Below are positions 48,201 to 57,600 of a stretch of 64,000 bases of DNA, piece after piece (the first letter of the stretch is position 1; every line of letters starts with the position of its first letter). Both the position numbers and the translations under genes were made by a program. The DNA is from Defluviitaleaceae bacterium (GTDB lineage Bacteria > Bacillota > Clostridia > Lachnospirales > WQUN01). The stretch spans positions 4,845-68,844 of the forward strand of contig WQVF01000005.1 in assembly GCA_009781725.1 (NCBI GenBank), given 5' to 3'. The notes under the pieces were generated by a model that worked only from the letters and a program-made list of their open reading frames with translations, was not told the DNA's origin and did not search any database.

Positions 48201-51200
48201 CTCTGTGGCAGAGTTGCCGCTGAAACTTATGGGTCCCGTATTGGCACCATAATTCCATATTCCATGGAAGTAATGCACACCGCCGCCTATACGAGCGTTG
48301 TTATTATTGATATTTATCGCACCGCCAGGGATGCTGACTGATACATTGTTGGTATTTGGCAAGGCGACATTTGGGACATTATAGGTATAGCTATAATCAT
48401 GAGCATCATCCATGATAAAGCTCGAATTTGGGTTACCCAAGTGAACTCCGCCGCCGTAACCTTGCAAACCACCGGCACCCAAAGCGTGGTTTCCGGTTAT
48501 GTCGCCGCGCAACATTGTAAATGTACCATTGAGCACATGTACACCGCCGCCGTTATGAGTGTTGATATCAATGGTAGCCCCTGCTGCATTGGTTATAAGC
48601 GTTGCTGGCCCACCGTTATTGGTAATTTCGCCGCCGGTCATAAGTACACGTCTATTGGCGTGGTTAATTGCAATGCCGCCGCCATAGCGACCTGCGGAAT
48701 TGTTGGTTATGGTTACGTTATCGCATACTACGAAATAGGCAAGAACCCCTTCCGCAGCAGCAGAAACCAGGTTAACCCCACCGCCATCGTTTCTAGCTCT
48801 GTTTCCGGATATTGTAAGATGGGCATTTGGGTTAGGGTTAGGTACAAGGGGTGGATGGCCAGGCACAGTTGTATCATTGGGGGAATGATTCCAAATCATT
48901 GCCCTATTCATATCCATGGTAATCCTGCCAAACTGGGTGGTAGTGTCGGTAGAATGAATACCACCACCATTGTTATTAGCATGATTATCTATGATAGTAC
49001 CACCGAACAAGTTTAACTGCCCTGCATGGTGGAAAATACCGCCCCCATTGCCACCAGCTCCTGTACCAGTCGCCCTATTTTCGCGGAAAATGCCGCCGGT
49101 TATTGTGGTGTGGGTAATCGTCATATCACCCGTATGAAGGCCTCCGCCATTAGTAGTGGCGATATTTCTATAAAATTCACCGCCATGCACATAAATATGG
49201 TTATATGGAGTATTCATCCCAACATAAAGACCGCCGCCGCTTAATGCAGTATTGCCGTATATATAGCCATCCCATATCCATACCCTTGTGCCGCAGCAAA
49301 CTCCTATGCCACCGCCGTTACCAGCATCATTACCGTAAATCCGTCCGGAATACATGTGGAAATGGACACGGCCATTGCCGCCGGTATCAAGCCCTACGCC
49401 CCCCCCCCTGCCATTATTCCAGCCAACACCAGTCGTAGGGACAAAATTTTGTATAACATACCCTCCGTCTATGATAATGGTAATCGGATTTGTAGCGGAT
49501 GAAAATACGCTTGCGCTTGAGACGTTTATACCGCCGCCAACAGTGGCGCGGTTGTTATAAATTATACCTCCTGTCTCGAGAATCAGTGTTGCGGAAGTAC
49601 CGCTGCCACCGATTAAATTGATGCCACCACGATTGCCAGGTTGAGCACTCCCGCTTAACATAGCGTTGCCGTCTAGGGTAATAGTGCCTGTACCACCGCC
49701 GCTCCCCAATGTAAGATGCCCATTTGCGCTTATTGTGAAATGGCGATCTAGAGTTGCAACAGTGGTTGTCCATGGTGGTATGCTAGGCGTGTTTACGGCG
49801 GATATCAGTGGCATTCGAATCACAATGTTGGCACCTGACGCCGGTGAAATCGTTACCGTACGAGATATGTCTATTGTATGGGAGGTTGTTCCGCCTTGAA
49901 GGTGTACCGTTGTGATAGTACTCCCGTCACCTGAGTCGCTGATGACCAAATGATAGGTACCTGCAGGCGGAGCCGGTGGTGTAGACCCATTTGGGAAAAT
50001 AATAATGTTTTGCACAGTTGTTGAGTTAATCAAGTTATTTAAGCGAAACCAGTCTGCATCTATGAACTCGAAATTTATATCTAAGTTATTTATCGGATGG
50101 TTAAACGCGCCGGAACTTGGTCGATTGGCAATGCCGGTGACAGCTACCACATTGGATGGCGGAGTAACACCGCCGCGAGCCGATGTGTTGCCAGAAAATC
50201 CTACGGCTGCTGCAATTGTTAATTGGGAGTATGCGCCTGCGGGTAATGGGTCTAAATTTACAGCCGATGTTGTAAATATACCGCCACCGGCTCCCGCAGC
50301 ATGGTTGTTTGAAATTGTACCGCTGTTTAATGTTACATGACTGCTGGCCCCAGCCGCTACAAATATACCGCCGCCGCCGGCAATGGTTACAGTTCCGTTG
50401 GCATGGTTTTCGGTAATGCTGCCACCATTCATGGTAAATAAAGAACCGTTTGATTGGAGGTTTACCCCTCCGCCGCTTGAAGTAGCGATATTACCACTGA
50501 TGCTGGCACTGCCCTCCATAATAAGCTGAGCACCAATTGAGCCAATATTTACCCCGGCACCATTTAGTGCCCTATTTCCAGTTATACTACTGTTTCCCGA
50601 CATGCTAAGGGTACGTGAGCCGCTGATATGCACCCCACCGCCGTTTCCGCTGGCAGAGTTATTAGCGATACTTGCATTACCCGTCATTATAAATTGCCCG
50701 ACATTACCGGCTGCACTTACCGCACCACCGCTTGTAATCCGGCAATTGCGTATTACACTGCCTTGACGCATGTTTAGGTTACTACCGGCAACAACAGAAA
50801 CCCCGCCCCGGTTTGGTGTTGTTGCTGGGTGTGGAACGCCCCCGTCAAGTATAATGTGACTGAGTGTCAAGGTAACATTGGCACCCAGAGTAAAATGCCG
50901 CCCGCCGCCTGTGGCTGTATGGGTGACAACATAGGGAGGCAATGTCCGGGTGTGGTTATCCGGGCTGTTATTTAGGTTAGTACCATAGCTGGTTATTATG
51001 ATATGGCGATTGCCTGATATATTCACATTAGCATTTAGCTCTACATTATGCGGTACGGCTATAACACGATTGCCGTCTGCGGCAGTCCCAATAGCGGTTT
51101 GCCATGATTCATTATCAATTACGCCGCTAATGGGGTCAGGTGCTAGTATATGCACAGGGTAGGGTGCCCCTATAATAAGAGGCATAATACCTATATAACT

Positions 51201-52520
51201 TGGACGGTCAAATATATCGTGGCGTATCGTTACGATTGTGTATGTGTTGTATCCGACATGGTCGTTTATATAATAATGCATGTGCAGATGTGTATGATGA
51301 CAGCAGCCTTCCCCGCTGTATCGAGTTTCATGTTCTTTCATTTCAAAACCTTCAATTTCAGGCTCTTCGGTTTCGAAATCTACAATTTCCACTTCCTCGT
51401 GACGAATCGTATATGTCCACCCTAATGGTAGATTAAGGCCGATGTCACTGTAATGCAACCAAGTCGGGAACTCTACGTGTACATATTCTCCATCCAGGGT
51501 AACAATGTACTCCACAGCAGGGTAAACGGCGACATTGGCGCGATAATCCAACTCAATAAACACATTTGGCCCTGCCCACATACCGCCATGGTTCCACATA
51601 AAGTAGACCGTGATAGTTTCCTCAAATGAGGAGCCAAGAGAAACCGGAAGCCCATAGACACCGCGACCATGCTCGTTATAGCCGTATTCATACCAATGGT
51701 CTTCGATGTATTCATATGAGGGATAGTCATCGCTATACCAATAATCTACTGCATATCCATAATCGGGATTGTCATAGCTATGCTGATAATCTTCGGCATA
51801 TCCGTAAACAGGGTAATCATAGTCATACCAATAATCTCCGGCATACTCGTAATCGGGATAGCCATAGTTATACCAATAATCTTCTACATATCCATAATAG
51901 TAATCGTTGTAATAACCATAGCCTCCGACACCTTCGTACCCATGATACTCGTAGTCGTACTCATAATCCTCAGCATATCCATAGCCATAAGCTCCAGCAT
52001 ACTCATACTCAGGACTATACTCGTCATAATAATAACTCGGCACATACGATGTATAATCATATCCATAATAATCGTAACCATAATCATATGTACCAGCATA
52101 ATCATACCCATAACTATAATACTCGTACTCATAATATTCCGGGGCCTCACCAACATAGTCGGTATCAGCCTCATACTCATTGGCATATCGCCATATAGCA
52201 TAAAATGTCGCTGATTCATACAAAGGCTGCCTAAAATCAAAAGCTCCCCCATCAGCTGCATGTGACCAATGAGAGAACATATACCCGGCAATTTCCGGTG
52301 ACTCCGGCAACACATCTGCCAATGACTGTCCTCTAGGGATTGTCACAGAAATATACAGATACTCATCCTGGGGCTGATAGCCATATTCACCATTATCTGT
52401 GGCAGCAAAGATTACAGCAGCAGTAACGACAAAGAGGCAAATCGCAGCCAGGATATATCTAACGCGCCCCCGCCCCGCTTTGCCAAAACTGTTTCTTATT
52501 CTTTTTACTATGTACTCCAC
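45282..52520 (-). CDS. Giant LPXTG-anchored beta-helix surface protein (2412 aa), paralogous in architecture to the 4648-aa protein
   Basis: GTG start with AGGAG 8 nt upstream. The N-terminal 110 aa are colinear with the larger protein (hydrophobic segment plus Flg_new repeat). Then about 180 aa of Tyr-rich tract; GGG[VI] beta-helix repeats; motifs HPINNLDINF (50070-50090) and HPLNNYDINF (45853-45873); a SpaA-like domain; and LPMTGG plus a TM segment plus KRRR. Confidence 0.9.
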   Translation of the reverse strand: MEYIVKRIRNSFGKAGRGRVRYILAAICLFVVTAAVIFAATDNGEYGYQPQDEYLYISVTIPRGQSLADVLPESPEIAGYMFSHWSHAADGGAFDFRQPLYESATFYAIWRYANEYEADTDYVGEAPEYYEYEYYSYGYDYAGTYDYGYDYYGYDYTSYVPSYYYDEYSPEYEYAGAYGYGYAEDYEYDYEYHGYEGVGGYGYYNDYYYGYVEDYWYNYGYPDYEYAGDYWYDYDYPVYGYAEDYQHSYDNPDYGYAVDYWYSDDYPSYEYIEDHWYEYGYNEHGRGVYGLPVSLGSSFEETITVYFMWNHGGMWAGPNVFIELDYRANVAVYPAVEYIVTLDGEYVHVEFPTWLHYSDIGLNLPLGWTYTIRHEEVEIVDFETEEPEIEGFEMKEHETRYSGEGCCHHTHLHMHYYINDHVGYNTYTIVTIRHDIFDRPSYIGIMPLIIGAPYPVHILAPDPISGVIDNESWQTAIGTAADGNRVIAVPHNVELNANVNISGNRHIIITSYGTNLNNSPDNHTRTLPPYVVTHTATGGGRHFTLGANVTLTLSHIILDGGVPHPATTPNRGGVSVVAGSNLNMRQGSVIRNCRITSGGAVSAAGNVGQFIMTGNASIANNSASGNGGGVHISGSRTLSMSGNSSITGNRALNGAGVNIGSIGAQLIMEGSASISGNIATSSGGGVNLQSNGSLFTMNGGSITENHANGTVTIAGGGGIFVAAGASSHVTLNSGTISNNHAAGAGGGIFTTSAVNLDPLPAGAYSQLTIAAAVGFSGNTSARGGVTPPSNVVAVTGIANRPSSGAFNHPINNLDINFEFIDADWFRLNNLINSTTVQNIIIFPNGSTPPAPPAGTYHLVISDSGDGSTITTVHLQGGTTSHTIDISRTVTISPASGANIVIRMPLISAVNTPSIPPWTTTVATLDRHFTISANGHLTLGSGGGTGTITLDGNAMLSGSAQPGNRGGINLIGGSGTSATLILETGGIIYNNRATVGGGINVSSASVFSSATNPITIIIDGGYVIQNFVPTTGVGWNNGRGGGVGLDTGGNGRVHFHMYSGRIYGNDAGNGGGIGVCCGTRVWIWDGYIYGNTALSGGGLYVGMNTPYNHIYVHGGEFYRNIATTNGGGLHTGDMTITHTTITGGIFRENRATGTGAGGNGGGIFHHAGQLNLFGGTIIDNHANNNGGGIHSTDTTTQFGRITMDMNRAMIWNHSPNDTTVPGHPPLVPNPNPNAHLTISGNRARNDGGGVNLVSAAAEGVLAYFVVCDNVTITNNSAGRYGGGIAINHANRRVLMTGGEITNNGGPATLITNAAGATIDINTHNGGGVHVLNGTFTMLRGDITGNHALGAGGLQGYGGGVHLGNPNSSFIMDDAHDYSYTYNVPNVALPNTNNVSVSIPGGAININNNNARIGGGVHYFHGIWNYGANTGPISFSGNSATEYGGGIAMTNLPANPPDNHVLYINYLWTIRGNTAGINGGGISLSNATLTMTGGTIGGTLPAHANTAQQGGGVWVGNGSVFTMENGTTAVGAPTHGRIVGNRATSPATLHGGAGGVAVFTSGEFGDDHGRGSTFHMSGNAQIYYNVAHPSPQPLPPAPALASHGGGVRVIGEYSVFNFSGGVIGHDNPDYGNRASQGGGLELQSGGIFNMSGTARIVGNTAYYDHATHARGGGAVEIWNATMNMYDGTIENNFAYTGGGIFVEDGYFNMHGGFIQDHWYNPSGGLVRHGGGVRVGMTNRNSEFYMTGGTIRRNRAIEGGGVHVGFAESSIFTMTGGTIGGITGGPPPTGAPGQPTPSPSPDANVATRGGGVAVTESGTFIMEAGGTIASPTIPTIVGNQTTASHGGGGVLVTGEDSTFNMYDGIIERNAEPVWGGGVLVQNEAEFEMRGGEIRYHVIFPEGAAQGGASGVGVRLSGRFFMYGGEIHGNINNGSGAGVNLQGITGSAPGSVPLAMFHMHGGHIHNNEMFVGTGGGGLRVYNPNAQFIMNGGYIRNNTSHTNGGGVAISHNNATMTGGTIRSNTATGNTAQAMTGNGGGVFINAANLNFTMSGGTIGGAAPGGLAPGAPNPNRNLAANNGGGLWVGGGAGFVLSGANTKSIIGNSADYGGGVWVATNSNMTTTGATGVSVTYNRAAYMGGGIYTERLEYRSPISRYPGAIGVLPVNVAYSNLVLSGVAFTGNRANQLHVPPSNALVVLPATTFSGTSQTTPPPIVRTHPLNNYDINFYMPTEEFSFHKTTAGVLTITPTVIADIAPFLLPDAYFSLYAFTGTGTVPNHAYIPSANWVRLHHGIPSTGLLNSPITFDLTEDGIYHLVETVAPSGFMTPIGQWRIVVDANAPTGFIITPIGSPIPGFMHVDGYFFVPNMPGIDLPMTGGYGMWEVTLAGTTVVFIGMCLVLAIAESKRRRLVIKKRKA
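45402..45419 (-). other. LPXTG sortase recognition motif (LPMTGG) of the 2412-aa protein
   Basis: The reverse complement, ttgcccatgacgggagga, encodes LPMTGG. Confidence 0.85.
51657..51881 (-). repeat. Five phased 45-nt (15-aa) tandem repeats inside the Tyr-rich tract
   Basis: Units start at 51881, 51836, 51791, 51746 and 51701. They encode DYWYNYGYPDYEYAG / DYWYDYDYPVYGYAE / DYQHSYDNPDYGYAV / DYWYSDDYPSYEYIE / DHWYEYGYNEHGRGV. The string TACCAATAATC recurs at 51736, 51826 and 51871. Confidence 0.9.
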
Positions 52521-52727
52521 ACTATCAACTCCTATGTATGCATTATTACAGTTGTATTACTTTTACATACTATAACAATCCACATTAAAAGTAAATAGTT
52601 GGCTTAATATTTTAACAAAATAATTAGCTTTTATGTACAACAAGGGCTCCTTGTTGCCATTATATGTTAAGCGTCAACAACATGTGGATGGCTCTACTGT
52701 TGCTATGTTGAGTTGCCGCCGGTAAAA

Positions 52728-52796
52728 GCGGCTTTGACCAAAATGACAAAACAAGAAAGGTAACAGGGCTGTCACGTTAGGAATGCCGTAATTTCG
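52728..52796. repeat. Composite repeat: CGGCTT/CCAAAATGACAAAAC box plus the outer arm of family 1
   Basis: gcggctttgaccaaaatgacaaaacaagaaaggtaacagggctgtcacgttaggaatgccgtaatttc. It closely matches 54470-54535. Confidence 0.75.
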
Positions 52797-52817
52797 CTTA
52801 ATATAAAACACAGATGT

Positions 52818-53222
52818 TCAATAACACTCAAAGGAAATATTATTCACCTGGCAATAATCTAAAATATCTTGTACTGCCGCCTGTGCTAATTTCAAAGCTT
52901 CTTTTGCGCCATCTTCTTCAATAAATAAAATAGGGTCGTACTCACATTCTAATCTGAGTCTGAACAATGCGGTCAAAGAACGGAAGCTAATGCTGCTTAT
53001 AAGCCCCGTATGAATAATTTCCTCATTATACTTATTTATGACTGTCTTATGCTTGCTAAACTCCATATCTTTACTTGCCAACAGCGCACTGACAGCATGA
53101 AAAACAGCGTAGTATGATGAAGATACAGCAACCTCATACATACCATTATCGAATAACATTTGCGCACTTTCCAAGTTGCTATGTGCCTTTTTCATGTGTC
53201 CGAAAACTGCTTTGCTACCCAT
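52818..53222 (-). CDS. HEPN-domain protein (toxin component of a HEPN-MNT pair)
   Basis: HEPN-like helices (AQMLFDNGMYEVAVSSSYYAVFHAVSALL). The ATG at 53222 forms an ATGGGTAG overlap with the MNT stop. The track ORF begins at a GTG at 53234. Confidence 0.75.
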   Translation of the reverse strand: MGSKAVFGHMKKAHSNLESAQMLFDNGMYEVAVSSSYYAVFHAVSALLASKDMEFSKHKTVINKYNEEIIHTGLISSISFRSLTALFRLRLECEYDPILFIEEDGAKEALKLAQAAVQDILDYCQVNNISFECY

Positions 53223-53547
53223 AAACCAGCACACCTTCTTTTTTTACGTTTTTATATAATTGAGTCGGTTCCTCAATAAAATTAACCTCATGGGTGATAA
53301 AAACAGAAGGAAACTCGCCATATCGGTTTATGATATCCACGGTAAAATCATTGTACACCGTACAAATATATTTCCATGTTTCTACCGGCTCAGATAAGAC
53401 AACCATAAAATCAACATCGGAATCACTGTTGGCTTCCCCTCTGGCATAAGAACCAAATAGCCACACTTGCCTTAAGATATCTCCAAAAGCCTTATGCGAA
53501 ACCTCTACCGCTTCTTGCATTATGTTTTTTATTGATTGCTCATTCAT
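53215..53547 (-). CDS. Minimal nucleotidyltransferase (MNT, antitoxin component of a HEPN-MNT pair)
   Basis: LFGSYARGEANSDSDVDFMVVL (GS...DxD NTase motif). I placed the start at MNEQS (53547), with GGAGG 5 nt upstream. Confidence 0.8.
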   Translation of the reverse strand: MNEQSIKNIMQEAVEVSHKAFGDILRQVWLFGSYARGEANSDSDVDFMVVLSEPVETWKYICTVYNDFTVDIINRYGEFPSVFITHEVNFIEEPTQLYKNVKKEGVLVYG

Positions 53548-53582
53548 ACTAACCTCCATCGTTATCTGTTGCCAACAGTTGA

Positions 53583-53645
53583 TATAGTATGCCTGTTGCG
53601 GCTTGGATTTTCAAGAGGTAGCGGCTTTATCCAAAATGATAAAAC
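53583..53645. repeat. 63-nt duplicated upstream module (copy 1) carrying a candidate outward promoter and the CCAAAATGA(T/C)AAAAC box
   Basis: It matches 54434-54496 with 2 mismatches by eye. On the minus strand it reads TTGAAA (53614-53609), 17 nt, CATACT (53591-53586). It lies 36 nt upstream of the MNT start. Confidence 0.7.
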
Positions 53646-53730
53646 CGGAAAAGTAAATAGGACGACATGGAAATTATTTCCATGCTGCTCTGTTTAATAC
53701 ATCGCATAAGATTAGTGCGACACAAAATTA

Positions 53731-53904
53731 TTACGTCTGCACCTCCGCATTTTCTATTACTTTGAAGCCATATTTCTTTGCTGTAGTTTCGCCACTTTTA
53801 CGGTAATACTCTGTTAGCTGCGATGGGGTCATGTCTTTCGTTTTTTCGTAAATCGCAATCCGAATTTGGTCTACTTCCTGCTCTATTCGGTTAACCAACT
53901 TCAT
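53731..53904 (-). CDS. 57-aa ORF absent from the ORF track, coupled to the PIN gene (candidate antitoxin or partner)
   Basis: My hand translation is MKLVNRIEQEVDQIRIAIYEKTKDMTPSQLTEYYRKSGETTAKKYGFKVIENAEVQT. GGAGGTG lies 7 nt upstream of the ATG. The ORF overlaps the PIN 3' end by 14 nt. Confidence 0.55.
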   Translation of the reverse strand: MKLVNRIEQEVDQIRIAIYEKTKDMTPSQLTEYYRKSGETTAKKYGFKVIENAEVQT

Positions 53905-54370
53905 TTTCTATCACCTCCATAGGCGTATAGATTTCCACGGCGCGATAGCCGTTTAAAGTGTTTATGCTTCCTGTACCTATTTTTGTTTTACGTTTTACAA
54001 TATGCTGAAAATTCATGCTGATTATCATGTCCAAATCGTTTACCGTGGCTATCGCAATATGCAAACCATCTGTGCGATATTTTTGCGGGATTATATTTTC
54101 TGTAACATACAAATCCGAAATCCTTACGGTTTCTTCTGTGGGTGCAAGCACTGCAATGTTATATTTTGAGATAAGTCCAAGCATTTTTTCACGTTTTCCT
54201 ACCGGTGCGTTTTCCAACTCGTCAGTTGCATAGGTTGATGTAAACGCTTTATGTTTTCCTGCCGCAATCTCTTTGAAAAGAGCGACCGTACATTCATGCG
54301 CCATGCCCCTATCCTCATCAAAATAAAAATTAAACAGAGTTGTCTCCAGATATATCTTTTGCTTTCTCAT
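53891..54370 (-). CDS. PIN-domain protein (VapC-like putative ribonuclease)
   Basis: IYLETTLFNFYFDED (first acidic residue region), TDELE, DGLHIAIA, and MNFQHI near the C-terminus. I placed the start at MRKQK (54370). The track ORF begins at 54388. Confidence 0.7.
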   Translation of the reverse strand: MRKQKIYLETTLFNFYFDEDRGMAHECTVALFKEIAAGKHKAFTSTYATDELENAPVGKREKMLGLISKYNIAVLAPTEETVRISDLYVTENIIPQKYRTDGLHIAIATVNDLDMIISMNFQHIVKRKTKIGTGSINTLNGYRAVEIYTPMEVIENEVG

Positions 54371-54433
54371 ACGTGATTGTCCTCTCAACAGTTACATTGT
54401 CCATTGAATGGTAAAGCTACACCATCCGCTGTC

Positions 54434-54510
54434 TATAGTATGCCTGTTGTGGCTTGGATTTTCAAGAGGTAGCGGCTTTATCCAAAATGACAAAACAAGA
54501 AAGGTAACAG
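54434..54510. repeat. 63-nt duplicated upstream module (copy 2) extended by AAGAAAGGTAACAGG
   Basis: tatagtatgcctgttgtggcttggattttcaagaggtagcggctttatccaaaatgacaaaacaagaaaggtaacagg. It lies 64 nt upstream of the PIN start. Confidence 0.7.
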
Positions 54511-54514
54511 GTGT

Positions 54515-54655
54515 GTCACGTTAAGACGTAATAAAAGCCCGTCATCCCGGGCTTGACCCGGGATCCCCTTAGTCTTTCGACAATGATAATGGGATCCCGG
54601 ATTAAATCCGGGATGACGAGCCTTGAAATTACGGCATTCTTAACGTGACAGCCCC
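54515..54655. repeat. Intergenic palindromic repeat family 1, most complete copy (~140 bp with outer and inner inverted arms)
   Basis: GTCACGTTAAGAcgtaat...CGTCATCCCGGGCTTGACCCGGGATCCCC-ttagtctttcgacaatgataatg-GGATCCCGGATTAAATCCGGGATGACG...ATTACGGCATTCTTAACGTGACAGCCCC. Confidence 0.85.
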
Positions 54656-54669
54656 GCAATAATTCAAAC

Positions 54670-57600
54670 TTACACACCTTGCATATAGTAAACCTCAAAC
54701 TCAAAAACAACTATCGGTGTAGCACCTGTGCTATTGCCGCTGACCAACCGTACATACCTGGCTTGGATGGTGGTATGGTGCGTAAACTCATAGTAGTTGG
54801 GCGTTGCCTCCATAATACGTGTGCCTGAGCGGATGGTGGTCCACGTAATTCCATCGTTAGAGTATTGGAAGCTATAGTTCATAATCCTATTGCCCCCCTG
54901 GTAAATCCTTATATGGTTGAAGTTGCGTACTTCCCCAAAGTCAACCTGTAGCCATTCCTGACCTATGCCGGTTGCAGACCAGCTTTGAGTGGCAGCTCCA
55001 TCGCGGATGCCGTTATTGGCTCTAGTGTGTGGGCGAGCAGGCATGTAGCTTGATGCGCTCATTACTGCGCCATGGATGTCACGGGCTAGGTTTGTGGTTG
55101 GGCAGGGGAGGTTGCCTTGGGAGGTGGGTTCCCAGATGGCTCTGTACTCCCACACAAATGGATACCCCTCTTTCAACAAAAAGTCAATCCAAGATAGTTC
55201 GCATATATGCAAAAAGGGCAACTCATAAGTGGCCAAAATACGACCAGTCTGGACTTCATACCATCCGATAAGAATATGGTCGTCTAGCTGAGGGTCAGGC
55301 ACACCATGCCAGTGCCATTGCATTGCTACGAAAATGTCGTTACCACATGAGTATGGCTTATCGCAATAAATCCAAGCATGAGCAAGTACGCTCTCCCCTG
55401 TCAGATGGCATGTACCTCCATTAAAGTCAATCATGATGTTAGAACGCCTTGATATTTGGGTGAAAATACGTGGAGCGTAGATTGGCATTTGTTTAATATA
55501 CCATGCAAAATAATATTCCGATGTTATCGCATCTCGCCACAATGGGGTACCAAACGAGTAACGATCAACATAAAACACTTCCTGTAACGAATTGCCGTGT
55601 GGGACATGGAAACTTCGTTGAGCTCTCTCCCGAGCAAATTGCCATTTATCATCACCACGGAAACAGCAACAGTCTAAATAGAAAGGCATAAGATGTATCT
55701 CATGAGTATTTTCAGTAGTTATAGTTACACGCGCAGTTCCAGAGATATTCGTGTCAACTGTTGAAGTGGCTCTTACAGTAATTTGAGTGCCTGACGTCTC
55801 GCCATGACATATAACAAGTCCCAGACCTTGCCATGTCATCGCAAGGTGTGTCAAAAATGAGTTGTTGCCTTCAATAGTCCACGTAACAGTTTGCGGAGGA
55901 TTAATGCCATCAACAACTGTTGCAGTAATGCCTGCTACCTGTGTTCCTGGTAGTGCATAAGCTGTAGGCAGATTCACAATGATGCGCATTGCTTTTTCCC
56001 AGCGCGCATAAAGCCTAGTATCATTATTATTAGGCATGTTGGTAGCTGGAGTCAAAGCCTGCGTAAATCCAGGATTAAGATACCATCCAGCAAAGGTATA
56101 CCCAACCCGAGTCGGGTCGGCAGGGAAACTCGGGGCTTGCATTATTAGTGTGTTTATAAAAACCCGTATGGTATCAATGCTTTGGGGAGTTGTTGGGTTG
56201 GACTCTGTACCGCCTAGTACAAAATTAATCGGCCGAGCATTACCTCCAGTCCCCGCCCAATATTGTATATCAAAATTATTAAAACCTTGTGTAAAGGGAC
56301 AAGTCCACTGAGTCCCATGTATATTAGCCGCATACCGGGCAGCGTCCTCTGGGGCGTGATATCGTATACCGGAACCGGTAATTGTATTGTTATTCGCAAA
56401 CACAGCATTTGCACCTATAGTGAAGCGGCCTGTGTCTAATGCATCACGCAAAACAGTGATTGAAGCAACTGAGGGGCCACCGACAGACAGTGGGCCACTG
56501 CTAATCCCTATACCTCCTACCACGATAGCTGAGTTGCCGGAGATTTCCCCGCCTGTCATATGAAAGCTAAAGGTATGACCTCCAATTAATCCAATTCCAC
56601 CACCATTTTGACCTGTACTATTATTACGGATATAACCACCGCTCATGGTAAAGGCACTGCTATTAGACACACCTCCTGACCAATTGGATGAACTGTTATA
56701 TGAAATTGTACCGCCTTCCATTATAAAGGTGCCTGCCGACATGTTAAGCACACCACCGCCACTGCCAGTGACAATGTTGTGGTATATGTCACCCCCTGCC
56801 ATGGTAAACACAGCAGTAGAAACCATATTTGTAACACCGCCGCCACCTTGGCCTGTAGCTGTATTGTGAGAAATCATGCCGTCATTCATATTGAAAATAG
56901 CTGTATTGCTTACTCCTCCACCACCATTTGGACCTGTGGCCGTGTTATTGGTAATTACACCGCCCTCCATGGTAAATGTCCCATAAACACGGACACTATT
57001 GACTGTCACAACAGAGTTCCTTACACCACCGGAAAAGGCTCCTGTGTTGCCGGAGATAGTTCCGCCATACATAGTAAAGACATTCCAATTTGTCACTCCA
57101 CCAGCTGGGTTGCCTATGGCTGTATTACCTGATATTTCTCCGCCTTCCATCACAAAAACACCCTGATTCTCGACCGCGCCGCGGTTATGCCCGGTAATAA
57201 TACCGCTATCCAATGTCAGGTGTCCGTTACGAGATACAAAAATACCGTTGCCTGTCGTATTCGGGGTACGTGTCACACCGATATTTTCTAATGTCAGGTA
57301 TGCGTATGGGTCGTTGAGTATATTTTCTCCGACTTGGATAGCATTGAAATTACCGCCGGCACTGATATAACGCCTAACCCCGCCTGCGCCTCGCAATATT
57401 ACATTGGCCCCATTCGGAATAAGCAACGGTGCTTGGACCTCGGAAAGAGTAATATCCTGAGTCAGGTAAATAACCGTCGGCGTACCTCCCGCACTTGCCA
57501 CTGCTGCACGCAGAGCCATTTCAGGCGATAGCGATGTTATATTTGACGCACCTAAATATACGCTGAATGAAATTGTATTCCCCGCTACACTGACATTGTA

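Noticed and set aside
51626-52214. His/Asn/Arg-rich (190 aa) and Ile-rich (144 aa) + strand ORFs, and a 143-aa minus-strand ORF in another frame.
   Set aside because: These are alternative-frame or antisense readings of the Tyr/Asp/Glu tandem-repeat tract of the 2412-aa gene. Their periodic low complexity mirrors the 45-nt repeats.
28211-54655. The possibility that the recurring palindromic repeats form a CRISPR array.
   Set aside because: The copies are kilobases apart and separated by genes. They occur in both orientations, differ in length, and are internally palindromic composites. No regular repeat-spacer periodicity or cas genes are present.
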